Positions 8,164 to 17,098 of a DNA stretch of 21,164 bases are shown piece after piece. This DNA is from an uncultured Oligoflexus sp. (GTDB lineage Bacteria > Bdellovibrionota_B > Oligoflexia > Oligoflexales > Oligoflexaceae), in contig CAXSGP010000055.1 in NCBI GenBank assembly GCA_964236955.1, positions 9,379 through 30,542 of the forward strand, written 5' to 3'. The first letter of the stretch is position 1. Every line of letters begins with the position of its first letter. The notes below the pieces were generated by a model that saw only the letters and a program-made list of their open reading frames with translations, was not told the origin of the DNA and searched no databases. Both the position numbers and the translations under genes were made by a program.

Positions 8164-9504
8164 TTAAGCGATTTGCTTGGTCTGAGGATATTTTCTTGCC
8201 AGATAGGTATAGAGCCTTTTATAGACCCTTTCCCAGGTATCACGATGCACACCGTTATTCATATTATAGAGGCCGTTTTGTATCCCCAAGGCGACAAATC
8301 GTTGCTCCTCATCTTCGATAGCGCCCGTGCGGGGCAGGGCAATAAAACCAAGCCTTTGGAACAAGGGTTGCGTCTGCGCTGTGCATTCGAGCACTAAGAA
8401 ACCGAATTTTGCCTGTATCGCTGACAGTATGCAGTGCTGAAGGATAGGCACCAGGATGGACGGCAGGGGATACTCGGGATGATGCGAGAAATCAATCAAC
8501 TCCACCACAGTTCGTCGGTGAAATTGATGGTTATAGGCGCCGAGGGGATAGAGTGCTGAGAACTGATGGATATCCCGGACGAAATTTAGCTTCATCGTCG
8601 CGATCAGCGTGTTCTTCCTATAGAATGACATACGCCGCGCATTGGGAAGTTCAGTCATCTGGCTTGAATCGTGATGCGCGATAAAACTCTTTTGAAGGGG
8701 CCGGGCGGTCTGCGATTCAACCTCAAGCTGGGCATACTCGACATTGAGAATAAAATCCAAAAAGGGAATGGGGAAGCCGTTTCTTTGCAGAGTTTTGACG
8801 CTAACGTCCTGCTCCTGAATCAAGATGTAAACAGCAAACTTCATCAGCAGGCGTTCTGTTACATTGACAAAGTCCAGCAGCAAAAGGTCATTCGCCCACT
8901 TGCCTTTCTTAGGCAAAGCCCGTCGAACGACAAGATCCTCTTGAAAGGATTTGACGCCCGGCAACGAGAATTTTCCGCTAATCGGCTGGCAGGGCAATAG
9001 GAAGTGCCGATTATCGAGTGGTTCGAGTACAAGTCCTCGCGGGTGCACGGCTCGGACTTTGAAATATTTTTTTTCATCGAAAAACACTGGATTTTCAATT
9101 TCAACGAAACCAATGGCGCCTTTGCTCAGGGCGATCAGGTTGGGAATCTTGGACTCTATCGTGTCGGCCTCGTCCATTTCCGCATCGGCATGGGCAGCCA
9201 CGCCGATGCGCAGGTAATCGATGCCCTGCGATTGAAAGAGGCTCTTGTTGCGAACAGTAACCGGCGTGATAAATGAATTCCTGGCGTCATAGTAGACCTT
9301 CAACTGGAAATCACTACCGACATTAATATCGTTGTCGAATTTGGTATCGCAGACAAAAGCCAGGCCGCTTTCCGATAGGCTGATAATTTCACCGCCCACC
9401 ACATCTCCCGATTTGATCGTAAAGAACGCACGGATATTCTCTCCCAAATACAACTCGCGACGAGCGGCACGCTGACTGAAGGTCTGTTGTTTTCGGTTTG
9501 GCAT
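8164..9504 (-). CDS. PilZ-domain protein with a C-terminal GNAT-like (acyltransferase-fold) domain
   Basis: N-terminal RxxxR (QRAARR) and SxSxxG (ISLSESGLAF), matching PilZ RxxxR and [D/N]xSxxG with a Ser substitution. A second beta-rich, PilZ-like segment follows. C-terminal VVEL...HPEY...LVLEC...PLFQRLGF resembles GNAT motifs A/B. Confidence 0.62.
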   Translation of the reverse strand: MPNRKQQTFSQRAARRELYLGENIRAFFTIKSGDVVGGEIISLSESGLAFVCDTKFDNDINVGSDFQLKVYYDARNSFITPVTVRNKSLFQSQGIDYLRIGVAAHADAEMDEADTIESKIPNLIALSKGAIGFVEIENPVFFDEKKYFKVRAVHPRGLVLEPLDNRHFLLPCQPISGKFSLPGVKSFQEDLVVRRALPKKGKWANDLLLLDFVNVTERLLMKFAVYILIQEQDVSVKTLQRNGFPIPFLDFILNVEYAQLEVESQTARPLQKSFIAHHDSSQMTELPNARRMSFYRKNTLIATMKLNFVRDIHQFSALYPLGAYNHQFHRRTVVELIDFSHHPEYPLPSILVPILQHCILSAIQAKFGFLVLECTAQTQPLFQRLGFIALPRTGAIEDEEQRFVALGIQNGLYNMNNGVHRDTWERVYKRLYTYLARKYPQTKQIA

Positions 9505-9898
9505 GGCTTAGCTCTTGGTCCCTATTCTCGATCCTAGACACAATGGAAACACTGTCGGGTTTCCTACCCAACTTTATGGGGAATCGGCTATCCGCTGAAA
9601 ACCTTTAGAATTGGGATCTTATTAGTCTTGCCGGACGCCGCCGTCCTAACGAAGGGCAAGGGCGGCTTCCATTTAAAAAAAATCCAAAAAATCCATCGAT
9701 AACAAGCAGATGCATTTGAAGCCAAAAAGGTTCCTTTTCAAATGAACCCGGAAGGAAAACTCTCCCAGACACCCGGGCGAGGCTTGTAAAAAGTTCGGGA
9801 GGATCGGAAAAAAGAGGCAAGGACACCTTTTTCACCCTAGTATTGAGGATGTTAAGCGGACTGGCCGTCCTTTAAATTCCTCTTGCTTAGGACCTAAC

Positions 9899-10462
9899 AT
9901 GGCACTGAAAGCGACTATTTTCAAACTCGATCTCACTATAGCCGATATCACGCGCGCTTATTATGAAGACCATGCCCTGACCATCGCCCGGCATCCCTCT
10001 GAAACGGATCTAAGGATGCTCGTGAGAGTGGCGGTATTTGCACGCAACGCCCATGAGAATCTGCAGTTCACCAAAGGCTTAAGCACCACCGACGAACCTG
10101 ACCTTTGGCAGAAAAGCCTGACCGGTGAGATTGAACACTGGATCGATCTCGGGCAGCCCATCGATAAGAGAATTCGGCAATCCTGTGGCAAAGCTGATCG
10201 GGTTTCTATCTATAGCTATCAGAAAAACACTGTGAATATGTGGTACGAAAGCATCCGACATACGGCCGAACGCTTCAAGGCTTTGAACATCACCCACATC
10301 GCTCTGGCGGATGAGACTTTGGTCGAAAGGCTCATCGACCGGTCCATGAAACTCAATTGTGTTATCGAAGATGAACACATGCTGCTCAGCAATGACGAGG
10401 ACAATCTCAGCATCGAATGGAAGGTCCTAAAAGCAGCCGATCTAAGCAAAGGCGGGTGGTGA
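9899..10462 (+). CDS. yaeQ: YaeQ family protein
   Basis: MALKATIFK, TIARHPSETD.RM.VR, FTKGLST.DEPDLWQKSLTGEIEHWIDLGQP are diagnostic of YaeQ. Confidence 0.95.
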   Translation: MALKATIFKLDLTIADITRAYYEDHALTIARHPSETDLRMLVRVAVFARNAHENLQFTKGLSTTDEPDLWQKSLTGEIEHWIDLGQPIDKRIRQSCGKADRVSIYSYQKNTVNMWYESIRHTAERFKALNITHIALADETLVERLIDRSMKLNCVIEDEHMLLSNDEDNLSIEWKVLKAADLSKGGW

Positions 10463-10571
10463 CAGACTCTCTTATGAAGTCTCAGGAAAAAATCCGAAGG
10501 CTCAATCGACTTAAAAAGGGCTATGATGGATGGAAAGCCAATTCACCAAACAAGATTGCGATGGAGTCTTC

Positions 10572-11852
10572 ATGTCGACGGTAACGCGACGCTTGCCAAT
10601 TTTCATTGTCTCAGGCCTGCTGTTGTCTTTTTTTGCGGGAGTCAAAGGGTTTGCGGCAGGGCGCTATGCTTACGCTCCCTTACCTGATCTCCCTCTCATC
10701 AAAGCCTGGGCAGAGGACGATCCCGAGCGCTTTTGGATCCAGGGTGAAAAGTCGATCTTCTATTATGACCAAGGAACCAAGCGAGAGGCCCAGCCCATAG
10801 CCACGGGAACCTGGCAAATATTGGCAGGAAACCTCGCCTTCTTATACGGTGCCCTTGCCCTGCCTCCTGGTAGCGAGGAGCGGCTTCGCGGCGGGCGCAT
10901 ACGTTTGATAGAATCCAAAGCTGCCCTTAGCTTTAGCTTCAGCATCCATGGCGGGATCAAGCCGATTCGCCGAAATAGCGCACTGGTAAGTGACAAATCG
11001 AAGCCACCGTTGATCGAAGGTACGGACTCGCCCTTCAGCTTAGGCCAATGGATCGATGCCGAACAGTGGCATAAAGATGTCGTCACCCTCAGCAACTGGT
11101 CACGATATTCGTACGGCGAGGGCATCAATGAGTCAAAGATCTGGCTGGAGGAGAGATTTCGTCAGCTGCCGAATTTTGAGCTCAGCGAATTTCCTTTTGC
11201 CATGCCCCGCGGCAACGGCGTAAACGTCCTTGGCACGATCAAAGGGAAAACCCGGCCCAACGATGTTTATATCATCGGCGCTCACTACGATAGCATCAGC
11301 GAAATACCACGCATTTCAGCTCCCGGAGCCGAAGATAATGCGAGCGGTGTGGCCGGAATGCTTGCCATCGCCAGCGTCTTCGCCTGCCATCCGCCCGAGG
11401 CGACTATGATCTTTGTCGGATTCTCGGGCGAGGAGGAGGGACTCTTTGGAAGTTTCGCGTGGACCAGGAATTGGCTGGAAAGCGGCAAGGCAAAGACGAT
11501 CAAAGCCGCGTTGATCATGGACATGATAGGGTATAGCGGTGACGAGGAACTCGATGTCCTGCTTGAGACGTCAGCCATCACCAAGCCGCTCCTCAAGGAT
11601 ATTCACGGCGTGAACACCGATCCCGATCTCGTTATCTCTGAGTCGTTTGACTATTGGGGATCGGATCACCAGCCCTTTCTCGATAACGGCATTCCCGCGA
11701 TTCTCTTCATAGAAAACGATTACCTTGATTATCCCTATTACCACAACAGCTACGATACAGCCGGTCATATTCATCCTGAACTTGGTCCTAAAATCTTAAG
11801 ATTGATGACCAATAGTTTGGGACAATGGGTTTTTGATGCCCGCGGTTCGTGA
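10572..11852 (+). CDS. Secreted M28 family zinc (amino)peptidase
   Basis: Metal-ligand motifs IIGAHYDS, PGAEDNASG, FSGEEEGLFGS, MDMIGY, SDHQPF, YYHNSYD. Signal peptide from ATG 10572 (GGAG upstream). Confidence 0.92.
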   Translation: MSTVTRRLPIFIVSGLLLSFFAGVKGFAAGRYAYAPLPDLPLIKAWAEDDPERFWIQGEKSIFYYDQGTKREAQPIATGTWQILAGNLAFLYGALALPPGSEERLRGGRIRLIESKAALSFSFSIHGGIKPIRRNSALVSDKSKPPLIEGTDSPFSLGQWIDAEQWHKDVVTLSNWSRYSYGEGINESKIWLEERFRQLPNFELSEFPFAMPRGNGVNVLGTIKGKTRPNDVYIIGAHYDSISEIPRISAPGAEDNASGVAGMLAIASVFACHPPEATMIFVGFSGEEEGLFGSFAWTRNWLESGKAKTIKAALIMDMIGYSGDEELDVLLETSAITKPLLKDIHGVNTDPDLVISESFDYWGSDHQPFLDNGIPAILFIENDYLDYPYYHNSYDTAGHIHPELGPKILRLMTNSLGQWVFDARGS

Positions 11853-12704
11853 GCTTTGATGAGCGACCAAGACGGAGGACGCCTGAGGAGCAGCGCTCTC
11901 AGGTTCGATCGGCGCATAGGCGTCTACCCCAAGCATGGCATCGAGGCGTTCGAAACGTAAGCCTCGCGCCTTGATCTCGCTGACCAGACGTGGCAAGGTC
12001 ATAAGAGTCGCCTCTCTATCCTCACGGCTGCCAAGGCCCGCCCCATCGTGAAGCACGAGCACACTGCCGCCCGAAAGGTTTTTCAAAAGAGATTTTAAAA
12101 TCTTTTTGGGATCGGTGCGCACGCTATCCAACCCCCGTCTGCTCCACCCGATACAGATCAGTTTTCTGGCCCGAATTACATCCGCAAGCAAAGGCGTGCG
12201 AAACCCCTGGGGACTTCTAAAGAGCCGGCAGCGTATCCCAACCGCCTCGGCAAGAATTCTATCAAATGCTTCAAAGTCCCTGTGCAGGGCTCGCGGCAGA
12301 CTAAAGTGATAATGGATGCCATGGCTAAGGGAATGACCACCGAGGGCATGACCTTCCCGAAGTATTCTGGCGGCGAGGTCGGGGTGAGCCTGTACCCGCT
12401 TCCCCACCACAAAAAAAATCGCCGCAATTCCTTCGCTGGCTAAAAAATCCAGGATCTTTGGTGTGTAGCGGGGATCGGGACCATCGTCAAAGCTAAGTGC
12501 AATCTGATCGGAGCCCCCCGGCCCCGCACTGAGTGTGGGCACGTAGAAGCTGGATCGGGGATGGAAAACGGGTAGGCTAAGCATCAGGAACACGAGAAAA
12601 AATATCGCCACGCTCAGGAAGAGCCCGATCCCGTTTGGCCAGACCACCCAACACCAAAGACTGAGATTGAGCGCAAAAAACTTGGGAATCAGAGTTCGCT
12701 TCAT
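11796..12704 (-). CDS. Membrane-anchored polysaccharide deacetylase (CE4/NodB family) of the type found in aryl polyene/flexirubin clusters
   Basis: CE4 motifs ALSFDDGP, GHSLSH, FRSPQG, LVLHDG; N-terminal hydrophobic segments. Start at ATG 12704 (GAGG upstream); divergent from the ape-like operon. Confidence 0.88.
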   Translation of the reverse strand: MKRTLIPKFFALNLSLWCWVVWPNGIGLFLSVAIFFLVFLMLSLPVFHPRSSFYVPTLSAGPGGSDQIALSFDDGPDPRYTPKILDFLASEGIAAIFFVVGKRVQAHPDLAARILREGHALGGHSLSHGIHYHFSLPRALHRDFEAFDRILAEAVGIRCRLFRSPQGFRTPLLADVIRARKLICIGWSRRGLDSVRTDPKKILKSLLKNLSGGSVLVLHDGAGLGSREDREATLMTLPRLVSEIKARGLRFERLDAMLGVDAYAPIEPESAAPQASSVLVAHQSSRTAGIKNPLSQTIGHQS

Positions 12705-12859
12705 GGGCCTTGCCTCAGCAATGTAATGGGCCGTTTTGGGCTGTGAATGTGAAAAGTATAGATCGAAAAAGCGTCGAAGCTGTTGTTGTCTCCTAACATC
12801 CAATAGGATAGAATGCGATCGATTAAGGGTCTAAAGTCAATGCTTTGAGATGGGTATGT

Positions 12860-14503
12860 ATGAGTGACTCTCCTATTTTAAAAATAAAAGAAAGCGTTGC
12901 TTTGACCAAAAAGTTACCTTTGATCGTCGTACCCGTCTATAATCATGCGTCGACACTCCTTGCGGTTCTTCACGACCTGAGTCTCTTAGAATATCCCGTT
13001 TTGATAGTAAACGATGGCAGCACCGACAAGGTAGAGATACCCCTCGCTCAATTTCCTCAATATGATGTCGTGCATCACCCCCACAATAGGGGCAAAGGTG
13101 CCGCAATTGCAACAGCCATGGGTTTTGCGGCTGATCACGGCTATCAGGCGATTTTGACTTTTGACGCCGATGGGCAACATCTGGCTCGCGATATTTCACG
13201 CCTGGTTGCGGTCCACCGGGGCGCACCTGAGGCTTTAATCATTGGCGCTAGGGACTTTAACAATCCCGCAAGCGGGGATGTTCCGACCAGTTCCAAGTTC
13301 GGCCGAAGCTTTTCAAATTTTTGGATCTGGACCGAGACCGGTCGCTGGCTGAGTGATACTCAGACCGGCCTGCGGATATATCCGGTGGATACGGCCTGGC
13401 TGAAGACGGTGAAAGGTTATCGCTATTCCTTTGAAATCGAAGCCATAACTCGACTCCTATGGCAGGGCCGCGAGGCAATATGCGTGCCCGTTAGCACCTA
13501 TTATCCGCTGCGATCCGAGCGAATCTCCCATTTTCACGCTGTGACGGATAACTTTTGGAATACCCTTGTCCACTTTCGCCTGCTCTTCCTGCAGGTTTTC
13601 AAATTGCTGGGAATCTATAGGCCTAAAAAGTACAGCAATGCCCGCCGTCCCGAGCTAAAGGGCATCGGCATGACTGCCAGTATCATCAAACATTTCGGCT
13701 CTCCTACGGCCTATATGCTTATGGTATTGCCGGTGCTCTATAGTCTTCTGTCGCGTGGCTATGAGCGGCGTGGGGCCTTAGAATTTTATAAAAGATGTCG
13801 ACCGGCCTGGCGACCTTGGCGCCGTGTGCTGGGAGTGCTTCACAACTACGCTCAGTTTGGCGCGAGCATTATCGATAGAACGAATCCAGAGGGTCATAGT
13901 TTGGTTGTGCCAAGATTTACCTCAGGTCGTGAAGCGACGCTGGCCAAAGCCTTGCCTAAAGGCGCTATCCTGCTCGGCGCCCATTATGGCGACTGGGCTC
14001 TGATAGCCAGTCGCGTCAAACCCTTTCTTGCCGGCACGCTGGGATTGGTTGCCGATCCTTCGGTCACACCGCAATTTTTTGCTGAATTAGAAAGTCGATT
14101 TCAGGGGAAATTAAGAGTTATCAATTCACGGCAGGATGTTCTGGGCTTTGCGCTCAGCGTCAAGGAAGTTCTCGACGACAATGGCAACGTGGCTTTTCTT
14201 GCGGATCGCAGCGATCGCAGCGGCCAGGATGAAACTTTATCCTGCGAGTTTTTCGGCGAAGTCTGCCTGTGGCCCAAGGCGCCTTTCGCCTTGGCTGCCC
14301 GACTTCAGGTTCCGGTTGTCTTTCTCAGTTCGACCAAAGGTGGTCTGAAGCCTGCCGATACCTACTCGATAGAATTCCAGGTTCTCTGCCAGGGCGATAA
14401 GAGGATTCGGGAATCCGAAGTCCTCAAGCTCTATGTGAAAGCTCTGGAACTTCGAGTTGCCGCCGCGCCTCAGCACTGGTTTAACTTTTTCCCGTTTTGG
14501 TGA
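12860..14503 (+). CDS. GT2 glycosyltransferase fused to a lipid A/LPLAT-type acyltransferase (ApeJ-like)
   Basis: GT2 motifs VVPVYNH, VNDGSTD, NRGKGAA, TFDADGQH, DTQTGLRIYP. Acyltransferase motifs LLGAHYGDW, FLADR and the C-terminal PQHWFNFFPFW typical of ape-cluster acyltransferases. Confidence 0.88.
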   Translation: MSDSPILKIKESVALTKKLPLIVVPVYNHASTLLAVLHDLSLLEYPVLIVNDGSTDKVEIPLAQFPQYDVVHHPHNRGKGAAIATAMGFAADHGYQAILTFDADGQHLARDISRLVAVHRGAPEALIIGARDFNNPASGDVPTSSKFGRSFSNFWIWTETGRWLSDTQTGLRIYPVDTAWLKTVKGYRYSFEIEAITRLLWQGREAICVPVSTYYPLRSERISHFHAVTDNFWNTLVHFRLLFLQVFKLLGIYRPKKYSNARRPELKGIGMTASIIKHFGSPTAYMLMVLPVLYSLLSRGYERRGALEFYKRCRPAWRPWRRVLGVLHNYAQFGASIIDRTNPEGHSLVVPRFTSGREATLAKALPKGAILLGAHYGDWALIASRVKPFLAGTLGLVADPSVTPQFFAELESRFQGKLRVINSRQDVLGFALSVKEVLDDNGNVAFLADRSDRSGQDETLSCEFFGEVCLWPKAPFALAARLQVPVVFLSSTKGGLKPADTYSIEFQVLCQGDKRIRESEVLKLYVKALELRVAAAPQHWFNFFPFW

Positions 14504-16077
14504 TCCAAATGATTCGACAGCAGTCATCTTCATCGACTTTAACCCTGAACTTTCGCAACCAACTTCGGCTGGAAGATCTGTTGGCTTATGCTCGAGCGGA
14601 TTTTGAAGCCGTAGAGTTGAGCGACGATCCGCTGTTTAAGGCCTGGGTTGCCGAAAATCACGCCTTCTTCTTAAATAAGATTCACGAGGGTTGGCCTATT
14701 TATGGAGCTTCCACGGGATTTGGCTCATCGTCGGCCTCACGTCTCGCCGTATCGGAAACGGCCTGCCTGCAAAAAAACCTGCTTCGTTATCATGGCTGCG
14801 GTGTTGGGCCTTCTTTTTCGGAGGCCGAACTTGCAGCCATACTGCTCGTCCGATTGAATTGCCTGACCCAGGGATGTTCCGGCATCAGTTATGAATTGAT
14901 GGAGCGCCTGAATTTTCTGCTGCAGAATCGCATTTTACCCATTATTCCAATTCGAGGTTCAGTCGGAGCGAGTGGCGATCTCACACCGCTCTCTTATATT
15001 GCAGCGGCACTTGCGGGCGAACGTCAGGTCCTCTGGCAAGGTCAAGTCATGGACGCCTCTGCCATGTGGGAAAAGGTCGGCCGGGAGCCCTATATCTTTA
15101 AAGCCCGCGAAGCCTTGTCCATTATGAACGGCACCTCGGTGATGGCGGCCGTTGCCGGTCTTGCCTGGTTACGGCTTGAGCGCCTCTATGAACGAAGCGC
15201 CTTGGCTACAGCGGCCATGGTTGAACTCTGGCAAGGCCCATGTTCGCCCTTTCTGCCCGAACTCCATGCGCTCAAGCCACATCCTGGACAAGTGGAGGCA
15301 GCAGCCCGGATCCTGAGCTATCTCCATGAAGCTCGAACGCGATTGCAGCGCCGCCATCCTCTGACTGGGATGGCCACGAACGAGGGAAGCGTTCAGGACC
15401 CTTATTCCATACGCTGCGCGCCCCAGGTGCTGGGTGCATTTAAAGATGCTTTGAATATAGGCCGCACCTGGATTGAGACCGAGATCAACTCGGTGAATGA
15501 CAATCCGGTTTTCCTCCATAATGAGGAACTGGTCTTGAATGGTGGGCACTTTATCGGCCAGCATATTACTCTTGCCTGCGATATGCTTAAGGTTTCCTGC
15601 GCGAATATCGTGAACCTCCTGGACCGGCAAATGGCCCTGTTGATGGAGTCGCGTGGCCGGCTTCCGGAAAACCTGGTGAGTGCCACAGTGCCAAAGCACC
15701 TGCATCACGGATTTAAAGCGATGCAGATCACGATGAGTGCCCTAGCCTCGGAAGTGGCGAAGATGGCGATGCCTATGGGCGTCTTTTCGCGCCCGACCGA
15801 ATCCTCCAATCAAGACGTTGTCTCCATGGGAACAATCGCCGCCCGCGACCTCATGCAGATCAGTGACCTGGCCATGGACGCCCTCGCCATTCATATCATG
15901 GCTTTGCGGCAAGGCTTTTACCTGCTCGAAGAAAAAGGCCAGATGCCGGTCCTGAATCCTTTATTCTCAAAATTCCTGGACGATCTTAGCGAGACATTTC
16001 CCATGGTAACGGAAGACCGGGCGCTTGATAAAACGATAACGCAGGTCCGTTCGCAGCTCTTCGAGGGTCTCGAATGA
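14500..16077 (+). CDS. MIO-dependent aromatic amino acid ammonia-lyase (HAL/PAL/TAL family)
   Basis: IYGASTGFG catalytic Tyr loop; GSVGASGDL (MIO-forming ASG at 14968-14976); MNGT; QDPYSIRCAPQ; NDNP; GGHF; NQDVVSMG. Start is GTG 14500 (GTGA overlap with the upstream stop) or ATG 14509. Confidence 0.93.
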   Translation: MIQMIRQQSSSSTLTLNFRNQLRLEDLLAYARADFEAVELSDDPLFKAWVAENHAFFLNKIHEGWPIYGASTGFGSSSASRLAVSETACLQKNLLRYHGCGVGPSFSEAELAAILLVRLNCLTQGCSGISYELMERLNFLLQNRILPIIPIRGSVGASGDLTPLSYIAAALAGERQVLWQGQVMDASAMWEKVGREPYIFKAREALSIMNGTSVMAAVAGLAWLRLERLYERSALATAAMVELWQGPCSPFLPELHALKPHPGQVEAAARILSYLHEARTRLQRRHPLTGMATNEGSVQDPYSIRCAPQVLGAFKDALNIGRTWIETEINSVNDNPVFLHNEELVLNGGHFIGQHITLACDMLKVSCANIVNLLDRQMALLMESRGRLPENLVSATVPKHLHHGFKAMQITMSALASEVAKMAMPMGVFSRPTESSNQDVVSMGTIAARDLMQISDLAMDALAIHIMALRQGFYLLEEKGQMPVLNPLFSKFLDDLSETFPMVTEDRALDKTITQVRSQLFEGLE

Positions 16078-16511
16078 CGATCAAAGCCTATAGCCTGATC
16101 AAAATTCCCTTTCATGATGTGGACATCATGAATATTGCCTGGCACGGCCATTCTATGAAATATTTTGAAATTGCCCGTACCGCACTTATGCAAAAAATAG
16201 ATCTCGATTGGCCGGTTCTCAAAGAAAACGGCGTTGCCATGCCTGTTGTCGGCATGGAAGCTCAGTATCGAAGGCCCGTCCATTATAATGACGAGATCTG
16301 GGTCGAAGCCAGAATTGACGAATATGAATATCCGGAACTCAGCATAGAGTACAAGATTTTTGCGGGTCAAAAGTCGATCGAGGTCCTATCGAAGGGCCTG
16401 ACACGGCAGGCCTATGTAAATCTTGCCGATCAAACCACTTACTTTGCAGTCCCCGAATGGATCAACCATAGATTCACTGTCGCGGATCAAGCGAGTCGGG
16501 AGCAGGCATGA
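16074..16511 (+). CDS. Hotdog-fold acyl-CoA/ACP thioesterase (4HBT/YbgC type, ApeK-like)
   Basis: IPFHDVDIMNIAWHGHSMKYFEIAR with the catalytic-position Asp; ATGA overlap with the lyase stop. Confidence 0.9.
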   Translation: MTIKAYSLIKIPFHDVDIMNIAWHGHSMKYFEIARTALMQKIDLDWPVLKENGVAMPVVGMEAQYRRPVHYNDEIWVEARIDEYEYPELSIEYKIFAGQKSIEVLSKGLTRQAYVNLADQTTYFAVPEWINHRFTVADQASREQA

Positions 16512-17098
16512 ACAGAATTCATCGGTTAATCTTCCTCTCTTTATTTTTCGCGAACGCCTTATGGTTCGTACCTCCAGCTGCATCCATGGCAGCTCCCTTG
16601 ACCCTTGACACGATCAAAAACACCTATCGTCGGGTCAATGAAATTCACGGCGAAGGGGAACAGATTAAAACCTCTCCCCTCCTTCTAAGACCACTTAAAT
16701 CCAAGGTCAGCTTAAGTTTGGAAAAGGGTCTACTGACCTGGCGGGGGGAAGGCCAGGAGCCCTGGCGGATTAAATTCGGCGTCGACGGCAAACCCGAGTT
16801 TTTGGGGGTCGGGAAAACCCTGGAGCAGATGCCTCCGGCGGCCCGTGCGAAGCTTGACAGCACCGTCGCCCTGGTTCGAAACATTCTTACCATGGACCCA
16901 AAATTGGAGCAGGATTTTAATCTTGCTATTAAAGACGGCCTTTTAACCGTCGAACCGAAGCCAGGCAACCGCGGCGTCTTTTTTCAATCCGTGAACATCC
17001 AGTTCAAACCTAGCGGCTTGATCGAAAGTATCAGATTCAAGACTCAGGATGACGAGACTCTGCTGCTTTTCAAAACCATGAAGATCAAAAGTCTATGA
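16508..17098 (+). CDS. Periplasmic LolA-like lipid carrier (ApeL-like)
   Basis: Signal peptide; beta-rich 196 aa; Q.K....L.RPLKS...GLLTW and a C-terminal D.T.L.F pattern; sits between thioesterase and MMPL as in ape clusters; ATGA overlaps on both sides. Confidence 0.68.
   Translation: MNRIHRLIFLSLFFANALWFVPPAASMAAPLTLDTIKNTYRRVNEIHGEGEQIKTSPLLLRPLKSKVSLSLEKGLLTWRGEGQEPWRIKFGVDGKPEFLGVGKTLEQMPPAARAKLDSTVALVRNILTMDPKLEQDFNLAIKDGLLTVEPKPGNRGVFFQSVNIQFKPSGLIESIRFKTQDDETLLLFKTMKIKSL

Noticed and set aside
9552..9576. Sigma28-like promoter TAAAGTTG...CCCGACAG upstream of the PilZ gene
   Set aside because: Spacing is 2 nt shorter than consensus and the -10 match is weak.
1195..9744. Recurrent TTGA(A)...(T)TCAA inverted arms in intergenic regions (about 1195, 4799, 6514, 9713) as a shared regulator site
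   Set aside because: Spacer lengths differ widely, and short AT-rich arms arise easily by chance.
9067..12418. A/T8 runs (9067-9074, 9675-9682, 12411-12418) as phase-variation tracts
   Set aside because: A/T runs of 7-8 nt are frequent here and mostly explained by Lys/Phe codons or AT-rich promoter DNA.
14204..14221. 9-bp tandem duplication GATCGCAGC x2 (DRSDRS)
   Set aside because: Only two in-frame copies; no evidence of a variable repeat.
14500..16077. Calling the lyase hutH (histidine catabolism)
   Set aside because: It lacks the Ser-His HAL pair, no hutU/I/G genes are nearby, and it is embedded in an ape-like operon.
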